64,000 bases of DNA. It comes from Macrostomum lignano (Eukaryota). Shown here in pieces: positions 35,395-48,960 of the stretch (positions within the stretch are counted from its first letter, which is position 1; the number at the start of each line of letters is the position of its first letter). The stretch is taken from assembly GCA_002269645.1 (NCBI GenBank), contig NIVC01000657.1, forward strand, positions 1 to 64,000, written 5' to 3'. The notes below the pieces were generated by a model, which searched no databases, was not told where the DNA came from, and saw nothing but the letters and a program-made list of their open reading frames with translations. Made by a program: the position numbers and the translations under genes.

Positions 35395-37310
35395 TATCCC
35401 AAACTAGAATAGGCCCTCATGAGCTTGTAGATCTCCCAAACTAGAATAGATCCTCATGAGCTTGTAGATCTCCCAAACTGGAATAGATCCTCATGAGCTT
35501 GTAGATCTCCCAAACTAGAATAGATCCTCATGAGTTTATAGATCTCCCAAACTGGAATAGATCTCCCAAACTGGAATAGATCCTCATGAGTTTATAGATC
35601 TCCCAAACTGGAATAGAACCTCATGAGCTTGTAGATCTCCCAAACTAGAATAGATCCTCATGAGCTTGTAGATCTCCCAAACTAGAATAGATCCTCATGA
35701 GCTTGTAGATCTCCCAAACTGGAATAGATCCTCATGAGCTTGTAGATCTCCCAAACTGGAATAGATCCTCATGAGCTTGTAGATCTCCCAAACTAGAATA
35801 GATCCTCATGAGCTTGTAGATCTCCCAAACTGGAATAGATCCTCATGAGCTTGTAGATCTCCCAAACTAGAATAGATCCTCATGAGCTTGTAGATCTCCC
35901 AAACTAGAATAGGCCCTCATGAGCTTGTAGATCTCCCAAACTAGAATAGATCCTCATGAGCTTGTAGATCTCCCAAACTGGAATAGATCCTCATGAGCTT
36001 GTAGATCTCCCAAACTAGAATAGATCCTCATGAGCTTGTAGATCTCCCAAACTAGAATAGGCCCTCATGAGCTTGTAGATCTCCCAAACTGGAATAGATC
36101 CTCATGAGCTTGTAGATCTCCCAAACTAGAATAGATCCTCATGAGCTTGTAGATCTCCCAAACTAGAATAGGCCCTCATGAGCTTGTAGATCTCCCAAAC
36201 TAGAATAGATCCTCATGAGCTTGTAGATCTCCCAAACTGGAATAGATCCTCATGAGCTTGTAGATCTCCCAAACTGGAATAGATCCTCATGAGCTTGTAG
36301 ATCTCCCAAACTGGAATAGATCCTCATGAGCTTGTAGATCTCCCAAACTGGAATAGATCCTCATGAGCTTGTAGATCTCCCAAACTAGAATAGATCCTCA
36401 TGAGCTTGTAGATCTCCCAAACTGGAATAGATCTTCCAAACTGGAATAGATCCCCATGAGCTTGTAGATCTCCCAAACTGGAATAGATCCTCATGAGCTT
36501 GTAGATCTCCCAAACTGGAATAGATCCTCATGAGCTTGTAGATCTCCCAAACTGGAATAGATCCTCATGAGCTTATAGATCTCCCAAACTGGAATAGATC
36601 CTCATGAGCTTGTAGATCTCCCAAACTGGAATAGATCTTCCAAACTGGAATAGATCCCCATGAGCTTGTAGATCTTCCAAACTGGAATAGATCTCCCAAA
36701 CTGGAATAGATCCCCATGAGCTTGTAGATCTTCCAAACTGGAATAGATCTCCCAAACTGGAATAGATCCTCATGAGCTTGTAGATCTCCCAAACTGGAAT
36801 AGATCTCCCAAACTGGAATAGATCCCCATGAGCTTGTAGATCTTCCAAACTGGAATAGATCCTCATGAGCTTGTAGATCTCCCAAACTGGAATAGATCTT
36901 TCAAACTGGAATAGATCCCCATGAGCTTGTAGATCTCCCAAACTGGAATAGATCCTCATGAGCTTGTAGATCTCCCAAACTGGAATAGATCCTCATGAGC
37001 TTGTAGATCTCCCAAACTAGAATAGATCTTCATGAGCTTGTAGATCTCCCAAACTGGAATAGATCTCCCAAACTGGAATAGATCTCCCAAACTGGAATAG
37101 ATCTCCCAAACTGGAATAGATCTCCTAAACTGGAATAGATCTCCCAAACTGGAATAGATCTCCTAAACTGGAATAGATCTCCTAAACTGGAATAGATCTC
37201 CCAAACTGGAATAGATCTCCTAAACTGGAATAGATCTCCCAAACTGGAATAGATCTCCCAAACTGGAATAGATCTCCCAAACTGGAATAGATCCTCATGA
37301 GCTTGTAGAT
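35395..37310. repeat. 37-bp composite minisatellite (19-mer + 18-mer, both starting GATC)
   Basis: GATCTCCCAAACTGGAATA + GATCCTCATGAGCTTGTA; pure 19-mer run at about 37050-37290. Confidence 0.95.
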
Positions 37311-38679
37311 CTCTAAAGCTCCATTAAACCTCCATGAGCCAGTTTGCCCAAACAACAACAAAGCGTGCGAATCTCAGCAAAAACTCTGCAGCATCCCAAA
37401 ATACACGTGCATCAAGTTGCATTCGCGCTTCCACAGTTCTCAAACTCTACCCATCTCTATTTCTGAGACTTCTTCTCTCCTTGAGTTCGTCTTCGCCTTG
37501 ATTCGAATTTAATGATTCGAGCCCTCAAGGCTTGCATGCAGCATTGAGCGGGGGCGGCAGTCGCCTGGAGGCACTGGCGGACCAGCTAATGAATTGAGTT
37601 ACAGTTCCTGCTGCGGACAGAAAGGAGAGAATGAGACAGTGGGAGACAGAGCTAGTGAGAGGTGGACCCGGCGGCAGAGATAGACAAGGGAGATATAGAG
37701 AAGCTTGACCCCCTCCCTCTTTCTCCAGCTCCTCTGCCCTGTTCCACTTGGCTGGATGAAGTTTGGAGCAAAACCTGCGCGCCCGCAAATGCTCCGCATG
37801 GCCAAGGAGACTCGGAGCTAGAGCAGGGATTTGGAAACACTTCTCCAACTCCCCGAGGGCCATGCAGCCTTAAAAATGGATGCCGGATGTGTCCTATCGC
37901 CAGTAAATTTAGTATATGCTTCTAGAGAAACCTGATGTTTCTATAGACCAAATTTGTCTATGGCCAGAACCCATTCAGCTCTATGCGTTCTCTTGGATAT
38001 TTTTATTCATTTAACCAATTTTTCAATTTTACAAATATACAGTCAATAAGGACACACTGAGAAGTGTCTTAGAAATAGGATTTCTTAGGATTTAGGTTTC
38101 TAGATAAGGAGTTGGCCAACTCCAGACTCTCTCAGTTTAGATCCCCTTGGTCCATCGTATGATATAGCAACACCGGGGAAACAGATAGGGGGAAGGCGGT
38201 GGTCGCCCCCCTCCCCCTAATTCCTTCTCACTTCGTTCTCAAAGCCCTGGACGCTGGCAGATTTTTTGTGGATCCTCCAGCCCCCCTCCAGAGTCGCCAG
38301 CCCGCACAAATTTGCCTGCAGGGCAATTTCGCGGATCTCAGCGGGCATTTTGAATGGCTTGGCTCCTTATATACATATATTATTTTCTCAAAAGCAACTA
38401 CAGACCCTTGCCAGGCAGTAACTCAATCATGCGGTGGAAAAAAACAAGATTTCACTGATTTCTATGCCAGATTAATACACGGAATCTGGGGCAGTGGCCG
38501 AGTTTGAGTGTCTAAGGTGTGAAATAAACTTGTCAAGAAATGGATGTTTTATCATTTGTTATAACTTACTGACCCCGGGTTGCATGACATTCGAAGTACA
38601 GATATACGCGTATTAATATGCGTATTAATGAGCACATACAAGCACGCCAATACTGTACACAGCACGCACGCACTCATGC

Positions 38680-38790
38680 ACTCGCTCACACAGGGTGTAC
38701 AGCGGCCCTGACTTTCTTATCGTCAAACATGTACACTCTCAGTGCTTTGGATATTGACCCTCATTGGCTGTGAATTGCACACCAACCCTG
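38680..38790 (-). mobile_element. Internal fragment of the second SINE family
   Basis: CACAGGGTGTACAGCGGCCCTGACTTT..ATCGT.A..CATGTACAC matches 22405-22470. Confidence 0.6.
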
Positions 38791-38942
38791 TGCACCTGTA
38801 CAAGCACACCTGTACAAGCACACCTGTACAAGTACACCTGTACAAGCACACCTGTACAAGTACACCTGTACAAGCACACCTGTACAAGCACACCTGTACA
38901 AGCACATCTGTACAAGCACAAATGTACATGCACACCTGTACC
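38790..38942. repeat. 14-bp minisatellite (CACACCTGTACAAG)n
   Basis: Nine CACCTG-containing units. Confidence 0.9.
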
Positions 38943-39879
38943 TCCTTGTGATTTGACTGCTCAGAAATTATTGAATAGTTTGTGATTATACTACTAAATT
39001 TAGGCCGTAGTACAAGCTGTACGAGTTAACTGAACCCATCCAGTTCTTTCCTGTCCAGCGGCACTGGACTTTATAACAGCTCAAGTTGGTATTGTATATG
39101 GGGGTCGGTGAAACAACAGCCATGCGAAGCTAGGTGTTAAGTGGTTTGCTATGTCACACCCCCCATGGGGACCATTTTCAAGTGCGCGCCGGTTACCCCC
39201 CCCCCCTCTCGCGGTTCCCATAGTCCAGGTGCCTGCACTGCGAACTGGTGGCTCGGAGGCCACACACACTTGGCCTACCAAATTCAAGCTATTGGTAGAG
39301 AGAGAGAGAGAGAGAATTCTGTTCTTTCGGTGCGGCTCTGTGCCATACGCTCCATATGCTAGTGTTATTCTGGAGGCAGGAGAACCTTATTAAGGTGAAA
39401 GTTTCAGTGTGCCCGGCACCAGAGAGAGAGGGAGAGAGAGAGTTAGAGGAGAAAGTGAAGAGGGTGCAAGTGTGTGAGCGCCTGTCCATAGTCCAGCGGT
39501 TTGGCAGCTACACCTCCGAACTCAACAGGGGCTACCTACTCCATTCTTCAATCTGTAGAGTGTTCTCGAATTGATTTAATTAAATTCTTCACGGGGCCAG
39601 GTAAGCTCTCTCGCTCTCGCTCTCTCACACCATTCTCAATAGCACAGAAACTAGAAATTTCTGCAGACAGTTGAGCTAGTGCTCAGCGGATGAAAGACAA
39701 GTGTGTTAGCATGCACCGTGCGACAAATTTTTTTTCTTAAGCGATGATAGTATGACAGATTACTGTGGATAAGAGGAGCTGCTCTAATTATACCTGTCAA
39801 TAGCGTGTCATTCCGCTCATATTTCTCGTTTATGGCTATAAATATGTCAGGATTTTTAAAAAGGCGTCAGGATTTTTAA

Positions 39880-40565
39880 AAAGGCGTCAGGATCTGCAAA
39901 TGAGGTGTCAGTATCTGTAAATAGATATCAGGGTCTGTGAATGAATTGTCAGGATTTGAAAATGAGGTGTCAGGGTCTGCAAATGAGATGTCAGGGTCTG
40001 TGAATGAGATTTCAGGGTCTGCAAGTGAGATGTAAGGGTCTGCAAATGAGATGTCAGGGTCTGCAAATGAGATTTCAGGGTCTGCAAATGAGATGTCAGG
40101 GTCTGCAAGTGAGATGTCAGGGTCTGCAAATGAGATTTCAGGGTCTGCAAATGAGATGTCAGGGTCTGCAAACGAGATGTCAGGGTCTGTGAATGAGATT
40201 TCAGGGTCTGCAAACGAGATATCAGGGTCTGTGAATGAGATTTCAGGGTCTGCAAACGAGATGTCAGGGTCTGTGAATGAGATTTCAGGATCTGCAAACG
40301 AGATATCAGGGTCTGTGAATGAGATGTCAGGGTCTGCAAATGAGATGTCAGGGTCTGTGAATGAGATTTCAGGGTCTGCAAACGAGATATCAGGGTCTGT
40401 GAATGAGATTTCAGGGTCTGCAAATGAGATGTCAGGATCTGCAAATGAGATGTCAGGGTCTGCAAATGAGATGTCAGGGTCTGCAAATGAGATTTCAGGA
40501 TCTGCAAATGAGATTTCAGTGTGTGCAAGTGAGATGTCAGGATCTGCAAATAAGATGTCAGAATA
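39880..40565. repeat. 21-bp minisatellite (TGAGATGTCAGGGTCTGCAAA)
   Basis: Period 21; AAAGGCGTCAGG flanks both ends. Confidence 0.95.
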
Positions 40566-41269
40566 TAAATAAAGGCGTCAGGTTTTGCATGGGTGCGGGA
40601 AAGTGGCAGGCACTGCCCTCAGATCCCAGCAATGTTTTAATAAATACCACAACTGCTAAATCTCTTACCACGCTACTTAGTAAGTAGGAAGAAGCGGATA
40701 AAAAGCAAAAAATTGAATTTGGTACAGAATTCCGTTTATTAAGTTCATAAAAAAATTTTTTTTCATAATCCAAGAGAATGAGATACCGGATGCACAGGCT
40801 TATTGCATAAATATGCTGTCATTAGAATAGCAATTTTTGCTCATGCACTGTAAAAACAGAGATCAGAAAAGAGGAAAAAAACAGTCAGAATTTCGGATAA
40901 TTAAGGTACAATTCAAAGTTTTATTGGCAAATAGTAAATTATTATAGACACTTTTATAAGCATTTTATCACATACAACAAGCATTGCGACAGTCATGCAA
41001 AAATTTGCATGTAACACAAAAAGTATGAGACACAGAGCATTCGACTCGAACTTGAAGCGGTTAGGATAACTGAATAATAATATCCGGTTAAAAAATTTAT
41101 TGACTCGAAAAATATTCGAAATAAATTGTTTTAACAATTGAAGGATTTTTACGCTATAAGTTTTTTGTTTCAAAAGTTAAATTCCAGTTACGACAATAAG
41201 AAAGGCGATTGTGCTTGATAATAGCAGGAAATGTAAATGAGCAATGGCTTACCATCGTCTTTCTTCTTG

Positions 41270-41734
41270 GGTTCAACCACAGATACTAGAATAACCAGGT
41301 GGGCCACTCAGCACATTTGCTTGTAAGCTACTTTCAGTTCAGTAGTAAGTTAAGCGGAAGCATTTTAGTGAATTTTTAAAGCCAAGGCTTATTTATTGGC
41401 TCTTACCCCCATTTAAACCTCCAACCGCGCCTTTCCACTCTACGTCCACCCCTGCCCGCCCCACCCCAATTTTTATCGCCTTTTCCGGAATTCCAGCCTA
41501 AAGCTGCCATGTACATTTCAGTGGACTGGCCAATGTACATTATTGCTGAACCAATTAGCAAGTTGTTTACGCCTGCAAGCTTGGGCTTCTAAACTTATCA
41601 AAGTCATTTCAGCTGCCTTTTTTAATAAAATAGCTTATGTATTCTTCTTTGCTACTGAACTGAAAGTAGAAAGCTGTTTTACAAGTATATATGCCTGAGT
41701 GGCCCATCTAGTTCTTTTATTCTGTGGGTTCAAC
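41270..41734. mobile_element. Degenerate MITE-like element with roughly 80-bp imperfect terminal inverted repeats
   Basis: Left ...CCACAGA...GGGCCACTCAG...CTACTTTCAGTTCAGTAG versus right CTACTGAACTGAAAGTAG...CTGAGTGGCCC...TCTGTGG. No TSD recognised. Confidence 0.45.
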
Positions 41735-42032
41735 TTGGGGTCATGAGAGGTCAAGGTCAGGGTCGGGTCTCAACGAGATTAAATGAAGATCACAATAAGG
41801 GGCGAGTTCAAGTCACTTTATGGTCATTGGAGGTCATATCAGGTCACGTGTGGAATCTCACTAGGTCACACGAGGTCAGATGAGGTCAATTCGAGTTCAT
41901 GTGAGGACACTTAACCTTACTTCAGGCCACATAGGGACGCACGAGGTCAGAGGAGATGAAGGCATATTCAAAGCAGAGTTATGAAGCACAAAAAGACTCA
42001 AGACGGGCTCAAAGGTCAAAGGTCACGCGAGG

Positions 42033-45000
42033 TCAAGCCATGGGAGCGCTGCCGTTCCGCTGCTGCAGCTGCTGGTCATGGCTCGGCGTGGCCGATTCCG
42101 GCGACTTGCTCGGCGACAGCGAGTCGTCGATGAGAATTTTCTCGTCCTCCGGTCGCTGATTGGCCGAGCCGGGGGCGCTGCCGACGCCGCCGCCGCCGAC
42201 GCCGACGCCGTTTCCGAGGCCGGCAGATGTCGGTTCAATAGAATTCTTCTTCCGGTCTTTGTCCTTCTTTTTGGCGCCGGCTTTGCCAGCTTTGGACTTG
42301 TCTTTGAGCACGTTGAGATCGTCCTCGATGTTGCTCATGTCCCAGATGCGCATTGTGGTGTCATAGGACCCGGTGAAGATCTTCTCGTCCACAATCTGCC
42401 GGTTGAGAAGAGTCCATTCTTGCTTCGAGCTGATCTGCATCTGTCCCGATCTATAACGTCTCTAGCTACCCATCTACAGATCTACCCCTCTTCATCTACC
42501 GATCTACCCCTCTTCATCTACCGATCTACCCCTCTTCATCTACCGATCTACCCCTCTTCATCTACCGATCTACCCCTCTTCATCTACCAATCTACCCCTC
42601 TTCATCTACCGATCTACCCCTCTTCATCTACCAATCTACCCCTCTTCATCTACCGATCTACCCCTCTTCATCTACCGATCTACCCGTCTCTAGCTACCCA
42701 TCGACCCGTCTCTAGCTACCCATCGACCCATATTGATCTACCGACCTACCCAACCTGATCTACCGATCTACTCCTCTTCATCTACCGATCTACCCAACAT
42801 GATCTACCGATCTACCCCTATTTATCTACCGATCTACCCCTCTTCATCTACCGATCTACCCAACATGATCTACCGACCTACCAGCTTGATCTACCGATAT
42901 ACCGATCTACCCCTCTTCATCTATCGATCTACCCAACATGATCTACCGACCTACCCAGCTTGATCTACCGACCTACCCAGCTTGATCTACCGACCTACCC
43001 ATCTTGATCTACCGATCTACCAGAGCACAACTCTTCATCTCATCTCCGCTCACCTTGAAGCAGTTCACCATGTTGTCGTGGCCGCGGAAACTTCGCTGAA
43101 TTGAACCGGATTTGGCGTCGAAAACGCGAACTATTCCATCGCCGCAGGATGTCACCACTGGATTAATGGTTGATGGAGCGATTGGCAGCTGCATGTCACG
43201 GACACTGAGACAGACACTAAGATGTAAACAATGGCAGGCTAGCACAGACAAGACAGACACTAATACAGACACTATGAGACTGAAACAAACACTAAGACAA
43301 ACACTATGAGACTGAAACAAACACTAAGACAAACACTAAGACAGACACTATGAGACTGAAACAAACACTAAGACAAACACTAAGACAGACACTAAGACAG
43401 ACACTAAGACAGACACTATGAGACTGAAACAAACACTAAGACAGACACTAAGACAGACGCTATGAGACTGTGACAAACACTAAGACAGACACTAAGACAG
43501 ACACTAAGACAGACACTATGAGACTGAGACAGACACTCAGACAGACACGCAGGCAGCAGCACAGGTACTTACAGAATCCTTTGTGCACCTTCAGCGAGCT
43601 GACGGTGTGCCGGTGCCCCTTGAACACGCGGGTGCAGTGGCCGAACTCGATCACCCAAGCCCTGGCCGTGTGATCTGAGCTACCTGAATAGACCAGCTTC
43701 CCGGCCACCTGCAGGCAGATGATGGACGCCTGATGTCCTTCAAATAGTTTCAGCTCCTCGCCGGTGACCATGTTCCAGCTGCGGACGGTCATGTCGGTGC
43801 TGCCGGTGAACAGAGTGCTGCCTTTATTGTCCATGCCCATGCAGGTGATGGCGCCCGTGTGACCTGCCGTAGGTGAAGCAACAATTACCCTTATGTTTGT
43901 GATTGCAACAGCTTTGAATGTCTTCAATTCATTCAGTTCATTATTTTAAGTGAAGATTAATAAATCTCTCAATTCGAATGCCGTTAACTCTCTCTTTAAT
44001 CCCTTCAAGCCTCCCTTTAATCCCATCAATCCTCCCTTTAATCCCATCAACCCTCCCTTTAATCCCTTCAACTCTTCCTTTTAATCCGTTTGAAAATCCC
44101 TTTAATCCCTTCAACCCTCTTTTCAGTCCAATCAACCCTCTTTTAATCCTTTCAACTCTCTTTTCTCCTGTTTATTCCCTATGAACCTCCCTTCAATCCC
44201 TTCAACCCTCCCTTTAATCCCTTCAAAGCGTCCGTTAATCCATTCAAGTCACTCTTTAATCCCTTCAAATCCTTCTGTCTCTTCTTCCCCATCCACTCCA
44301 TCAGTCCTCACCTTTAAAGGTGCGCAGACATTTGCCGGACTCAAAGCTCCACAATTTGGCGGTGAAATCGGCGCTGCCGGTGACCAGCAAGTCTCGGCCG
44401 GCGTCGATACCAAACTCGTCATTAGCCGCGTCGTCCTCGCCCGTGATGAAGATCATGGGATAGACTCCGCGCTTGTGCCCGGAGAACACCCTGATGAGGT
44501 CGCCATTGTCAAAGTCCCAGGCTCGAGCCGTCCTATCGTAGGACGAAGTGAAAATGAAATCGCCGGTGCAAATGATCCGATTAATGAGAGAGGCGTGGCC
44601 GCTGAACACGAACACGCAATCGCAGCTGGCCACGTCCCATTTGCGGATTGTCTTGTCATTGCTGCCAGTGAGCAGGTAGTGCTCCATGAATGCCATGCAG
44701 TTGATGTAGTCGGAGTGGCCTAAGGCGTTTTGGACAGGTTGTGCTTGGTTAAGTCTGGCCTTTTGCTGTGCCTACTTGCGTATTAGATCCTTTCGTAGAA
44801 AATTCCTAAAGTACATTCTTCAGTAGGTCACTGTTTATCCTTCAGTAGGTCACTGTTTATCCTTCAGTAGGTCACTGTCTAATCCTTCAGTAGATCACTG
44901 CATATCCTTCAGTAGATCACTGCCTATCCTTCAGTAGATCACTGTCTATCCTTCAGTAGGTCACTGTCTATCCTTCAGTAGGTCACTGTCTATCCTTCAG

Positions 45001-45247
45001 TAGGTCACTGCCTATCCTTCAGTTCTATCATCCATACCCTCCAGCAACTCACCAGCCAGAACGCCGATGCATTCGCACTCCTCAGTCCGAGTAGTCCACA
45101 GTCGAGCCGTGGAATCTTCGCTGCCAGTGGCGATAACCGAACCGTCGTCGCTCAGCGCCATGCAGTTGATGCCGCCGCTGTGACCTGGGCAGGTGTACAA
45201 CAGGTACTGGCCGGGGCCGTCGGCGTCTTTGCTATTGCAGCCGCCCA
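42033..45247 (-). CDS. WDR86: WD repeat-containing protein 86-like, about 453 aa; first nucleotide of the ATG lies on an upstream exon
   Basis: Exons 45247-45053, 44719-44312, 43863-43573, 43157-43054, 42395-42033; GT-AG and phase-consistent. GHSGGINCMALSDDG...TGSEDSTARLW, SSYDRTARAW, LLVTGSADFTAKLW and FTGSTDMTVRSW parallel recalled WDR86 repeats in order. Confidence 0.88.
42440..43025. repeat. 22-bp minisatellite (TCTACCGATCTACCCCTCTTCA), WDR86 intron 5
   Basis: Visible array. Confidence 0.9.
43200..43545. repeat. 12-bp-based composite repeat (AGACACTAAGAC), WDR86 intron 4
   Basis: Visible array. Confidence 0.85.
43975..44270. repeat. Degenerate roughly 21-bp repeat (TTTAATCCCTTCAACCCTCCC), WDR86 intron 3
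   Basis: Visible array. Confidence 0.8.
44815..45025. repeat. 22-bp minisatellite (TATCCTTCAGTAGGTCACTGTC), WDR86 intron 2
   Basis: About 9 units. Confidence 0.9.
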
Positions 45248-47859
45248 CTGGGTTGGTTTGTTTTTTAAAGCAAGGTCAAATATTGTAATAAACAATTAAG
45301 CGCTAAGCATGTATTAAAATTAAGCGTCAAGGCAGTGAGGTTGCTGCAGTGTTTCTAAAAATAGAAAGAATATACAGTAAGTAGTCTTGGACGTCATGCT
45401 CATGTCCATCCCGTTGACCCCTGGGCACGCACATCGATGCATCAACAAGTACACCGTAGAATGTACATCAATCCTAATTTTGCTTATTGTGAGGGAATGT
45501 ACATCCTATCTTTGGTGGGGTGGGTTGGGGTGGATTTTCAAAATACGTGGATGGGTTACTCTCCCTCCCGCCATAAGATTCAAATTACTGGTGGAAAGGA
45601 GAGTTGCGCTGAAGGAGTGGGATGGTTGAATAAGAATCAGATAAGAAAATGAGAGGTGGAGTGCGCGATTGAGGAAAGAGGCGAGATTGAAGAGCCAATC
45701 AGAAGGCAGCGAGGGAGAGAGATAAGAATAGCAAGACTGAACTGGACAGGAGAGGGAGAAAAAACAGAGACGAGGGTGGATGACATGAAGAAATAACTAA
45801 GAAAGTCTCGACAAAAAGCAATGTACACACGACAGTCGGGGGGTGGTCGTGATTGTGCTTACCACCGATGAAAATGTGCAAATGGAGTGAGTGCGTTCGG
45901 TTGTATAAAAAAGATTGGGTCTTGTACAACTCGTAGAATTTCAAAAAATAGAACCCACAGCGTACGAAAGCCTAGATAGCCTTTCTAGCCTAGCTATGAC
46001 GCAATGTTTGGTATGGTATACTCGTATGCCAACAAAATCCTTGATTTATTCTTTGTGATTGTCACTCGGTCTCGGAAAAAACTCGAAAAATTCGAGACTT
46101 CGGGACGAGTTATGTCGATTTGTCAAAAATCCCAGTTGGGGATGATGGCACATTATGGAATCGAAGTAAAGCCGAGCTTTTATTTAAATGTTTGCCTTCT
46201 GTTTTAGGAAACTTACAATCAAGTTGCAACTTGAAAATGCGTGAAATAGCATTTGTTGGTTTATTAAATACGTAAGTTATTTGAGTCAGTTATTCCTTTG
46301 AAATATTGCAGCTCTCACTAATCTGTAGCAAGGATTATAGCAACTTTTATACCGCTCTTTCCCCATACAGCAATCCGACGTCGGTGACAAATATGTACTT
46401 TTACGTTGCATTGACGAACGGATCGTCGGCTAAACGTCGATTATCTTAAGAATCCTAATAAATTTTTTCCAGAAAAAAAAAGTACCAGAGGAGACAATAT
46501 TAAGAGTACTTAAACTCTGGAAAAATCGAGCACTTACTTTCGCTAGTGTTGTACTGCGTTGATACAAATTTGCGGATCACTTAGTTACCTCCTTAACCAG
46601 CTGGCTGCAAATTCTGATAAATAGAACTCACTTCTCTACCTGTCAAGCTTTCCTGGCAGAAACCGGCCCGCCTACGTATAGTATATATTGCCTCTAAAAG
46701 CGTCGCTGAAAATACTGAAAATTTTCTTCCCAAAATTTTTTCCTTAGGCAGCATCCCGTCTGCTCAACTGTACACACGAATTTGGTCTCCGGCGTCTCCC
46801 CTTTCTCTCTGATCCAGCAGCAGCTGCTCCAACCAATCCACAGACCCGTTGCCAAGGTAAGTCCTAGATTGTTTCAAATCTACCTTGGCTGCCTGCACAC
46901 TACCCGCCTCTCTCCCTCTCTTCCCAGTTCAATCCGGGACATCAATTGTCTCTCTTCTATACAACAGGGGACGATAGGAGCCCATTGCAGCATCTGTCTC
47001 TCTCTCTCTCACACTCAGTTGTCTGATGAGGCGCAGATGCTGCAGCCGCACGAACTAAAAGAAAATTCCCGCAGAATTAAACAGCATGCAGTCAATCGTA
47101 CCGGGAGACGTGCTGAGCTTAGCCTAGTACATTCGCCTATGGCTTCCCTTGCTTCAGCCGTATGGTTGAGTTTCAATTATTTAGACCTGTCCCAGACCCT
47201 CTAGAGTTGGGACCAGCCAGCCATGTTTGCATATCCCTTCTCCCTCCCTCCCTCCCCTCCACCTATCCGCTCTTTTTTCTCTCCCCCATCATCCCGCTCG
47301 CCGCGCGGCCCCTCCCCATTCAGTTTCCATGACAATGGTAAACCGTGTATTGGCTAAACAATGAAATGCACGATGGGACAGGGCTGCGGGGTTAGGGAAT
47401 AGAAAGGCAATGCGGACTGGCTTATAGCTACAGTAGAGAGCTGTCCCCCCTCGGGCATGGAGCCGGGCCACGTTGAAAATCTACATCCAATATTCTATAG
47501 TGAGGCTTGAAAGCGAAAAGCTGAAACATACTACAATTAGCGACAACCAAGTAACAGATAACCTGCTCAGATGCCAGCAGGTGCAAATAAATACACGCAA
47601 TGAGAGGATGCTGTAAATTGCTTGGCATCAAATGCCTGAAGTCTCTTTGTTGAATTATCGTTAACTACGAGTATAAGCAAATGAGCATTTATGAGAACGT
47701 CTGCTGAGGTACTGAAGTGTTGGACTAGGCGTTGTGAGTAGAATTAAGATAGCAATTAGAATGTTTATTGAGACTGAGATAATTGGGATGTCTGGTTAGA
47801 TGCTGAGGTATCTAGGTGTCTTCGTGAGGTACCAGAAAATTTTTGCTGAGACACTTCCT

Positions 47860-48960
47860 CGTAAACGTCTGGTGAGATAGTGGGGTGTCTGGTGAGCAGG
47901 AGGTGTCTGGTGAAATACTGAGGTGTCTGGTGGGATACTGGGGTGTCTAGTAAGAAACTGAGGGGTCTTGTGAGAAACTGAGGTGTCTGGTGAGATACTG
48001 AGGGGTATGGTGAGATACTGAGGTGTCTGGTGAGATACTGAGGGGTATGGTGAGATACTGAGGTGTCTGGTGAGATACTGAGGTGTCTGGTGAGAAAATG
48101 AGGGGTCTGGTGAGATACTGCGGTGTCTAGTCGTGAGAAACTGAGGGGTCTGGTGAGATACTGAGGTGTCCGGTGAGATACTGAGGTGTCTGGTGAGATA
48201 CTGAGCTGTCTGGTGAGATACTGAGCTGTCTGGTGAGATACTGAGCTGTCTGGTGAGATACTGAGGTGACTGGTGGGATACTGGGGTGTCTAGTAAGAAA
48301 CTGAGGGGTCTTGTGAGAAACTGAAGTGTCTGGTGAGATACTGAGGTGTCTGGTGAGATACTGAGGGGTCTGGTGAGATACTGAGGTGTCTGGTGAGATA
48401 CTGAGGTGTCTGGTGAGATACTGAGGGGTCTGGTGAGATACTGAGGTGTCTGGTGAGATACTGAGGTGTCTGGTGAGATACTGAGGGGTCTGGTGAGATA
48501 CTGAGGTGTCTGGTGAGATACTGAGGTGACTGGTGAGATACTGAGGTGACTGGTGAGATACTGAGGTGTCTGGCGAGATACTGAGATGTCTGGTAAGAAA
48601 ATGAGGGGTCTGGTGACATACTGAGGGGTCTGATGAGATATTGAGGTGTCTAGTGAGATACTGAGATGTCTGGTAAGACACTGGGGTGTCTGATGAGAAA
48701 CTGATCGAGGGGTCTGGTGAGATACTGAGGTGTCTGGTGAGATACTAAGGTGTCTGGTGAGATACTGGGGTGCCTGGTGGTGAGATACTGAGGTGTCTGG
48801 TGAGATATTGAGGTGTCTGGTGAGATATATTGGGTGTCTGGTGAGATACTGAGGTGTCTAATGAGATACTGATATGTCTGGAAAGACAACCGGGGTGTCT
48901 AGTTACGAAATCCTTAGGCTGTCTGGTATGTGGATAGAGGTGAGACACTGAGATGTCAGG
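47860..48960. repeat. 20-bp minisatellite (TGGTGAGATACTGAGGTGTC) with local 60-bp higher-order period
   Basis: The GGGG variant occurs every third unit at about 48300-48500. Confidence 0.95.

Noticed and set aside
35395-37310. CRISPR-like 37-bp repeats
   Set aside because: Units are contiguous with no unique spacers, there are no cas genes, and the context is eukaryotic.
39908-40572. Heptad ORFs (LQTLTSH / SGSANEM) resembling coiled-coil or antifreeze proteins
   Set aside because: 21-bp array in intergenic DNA, open in several frames, no unique coding flanks.
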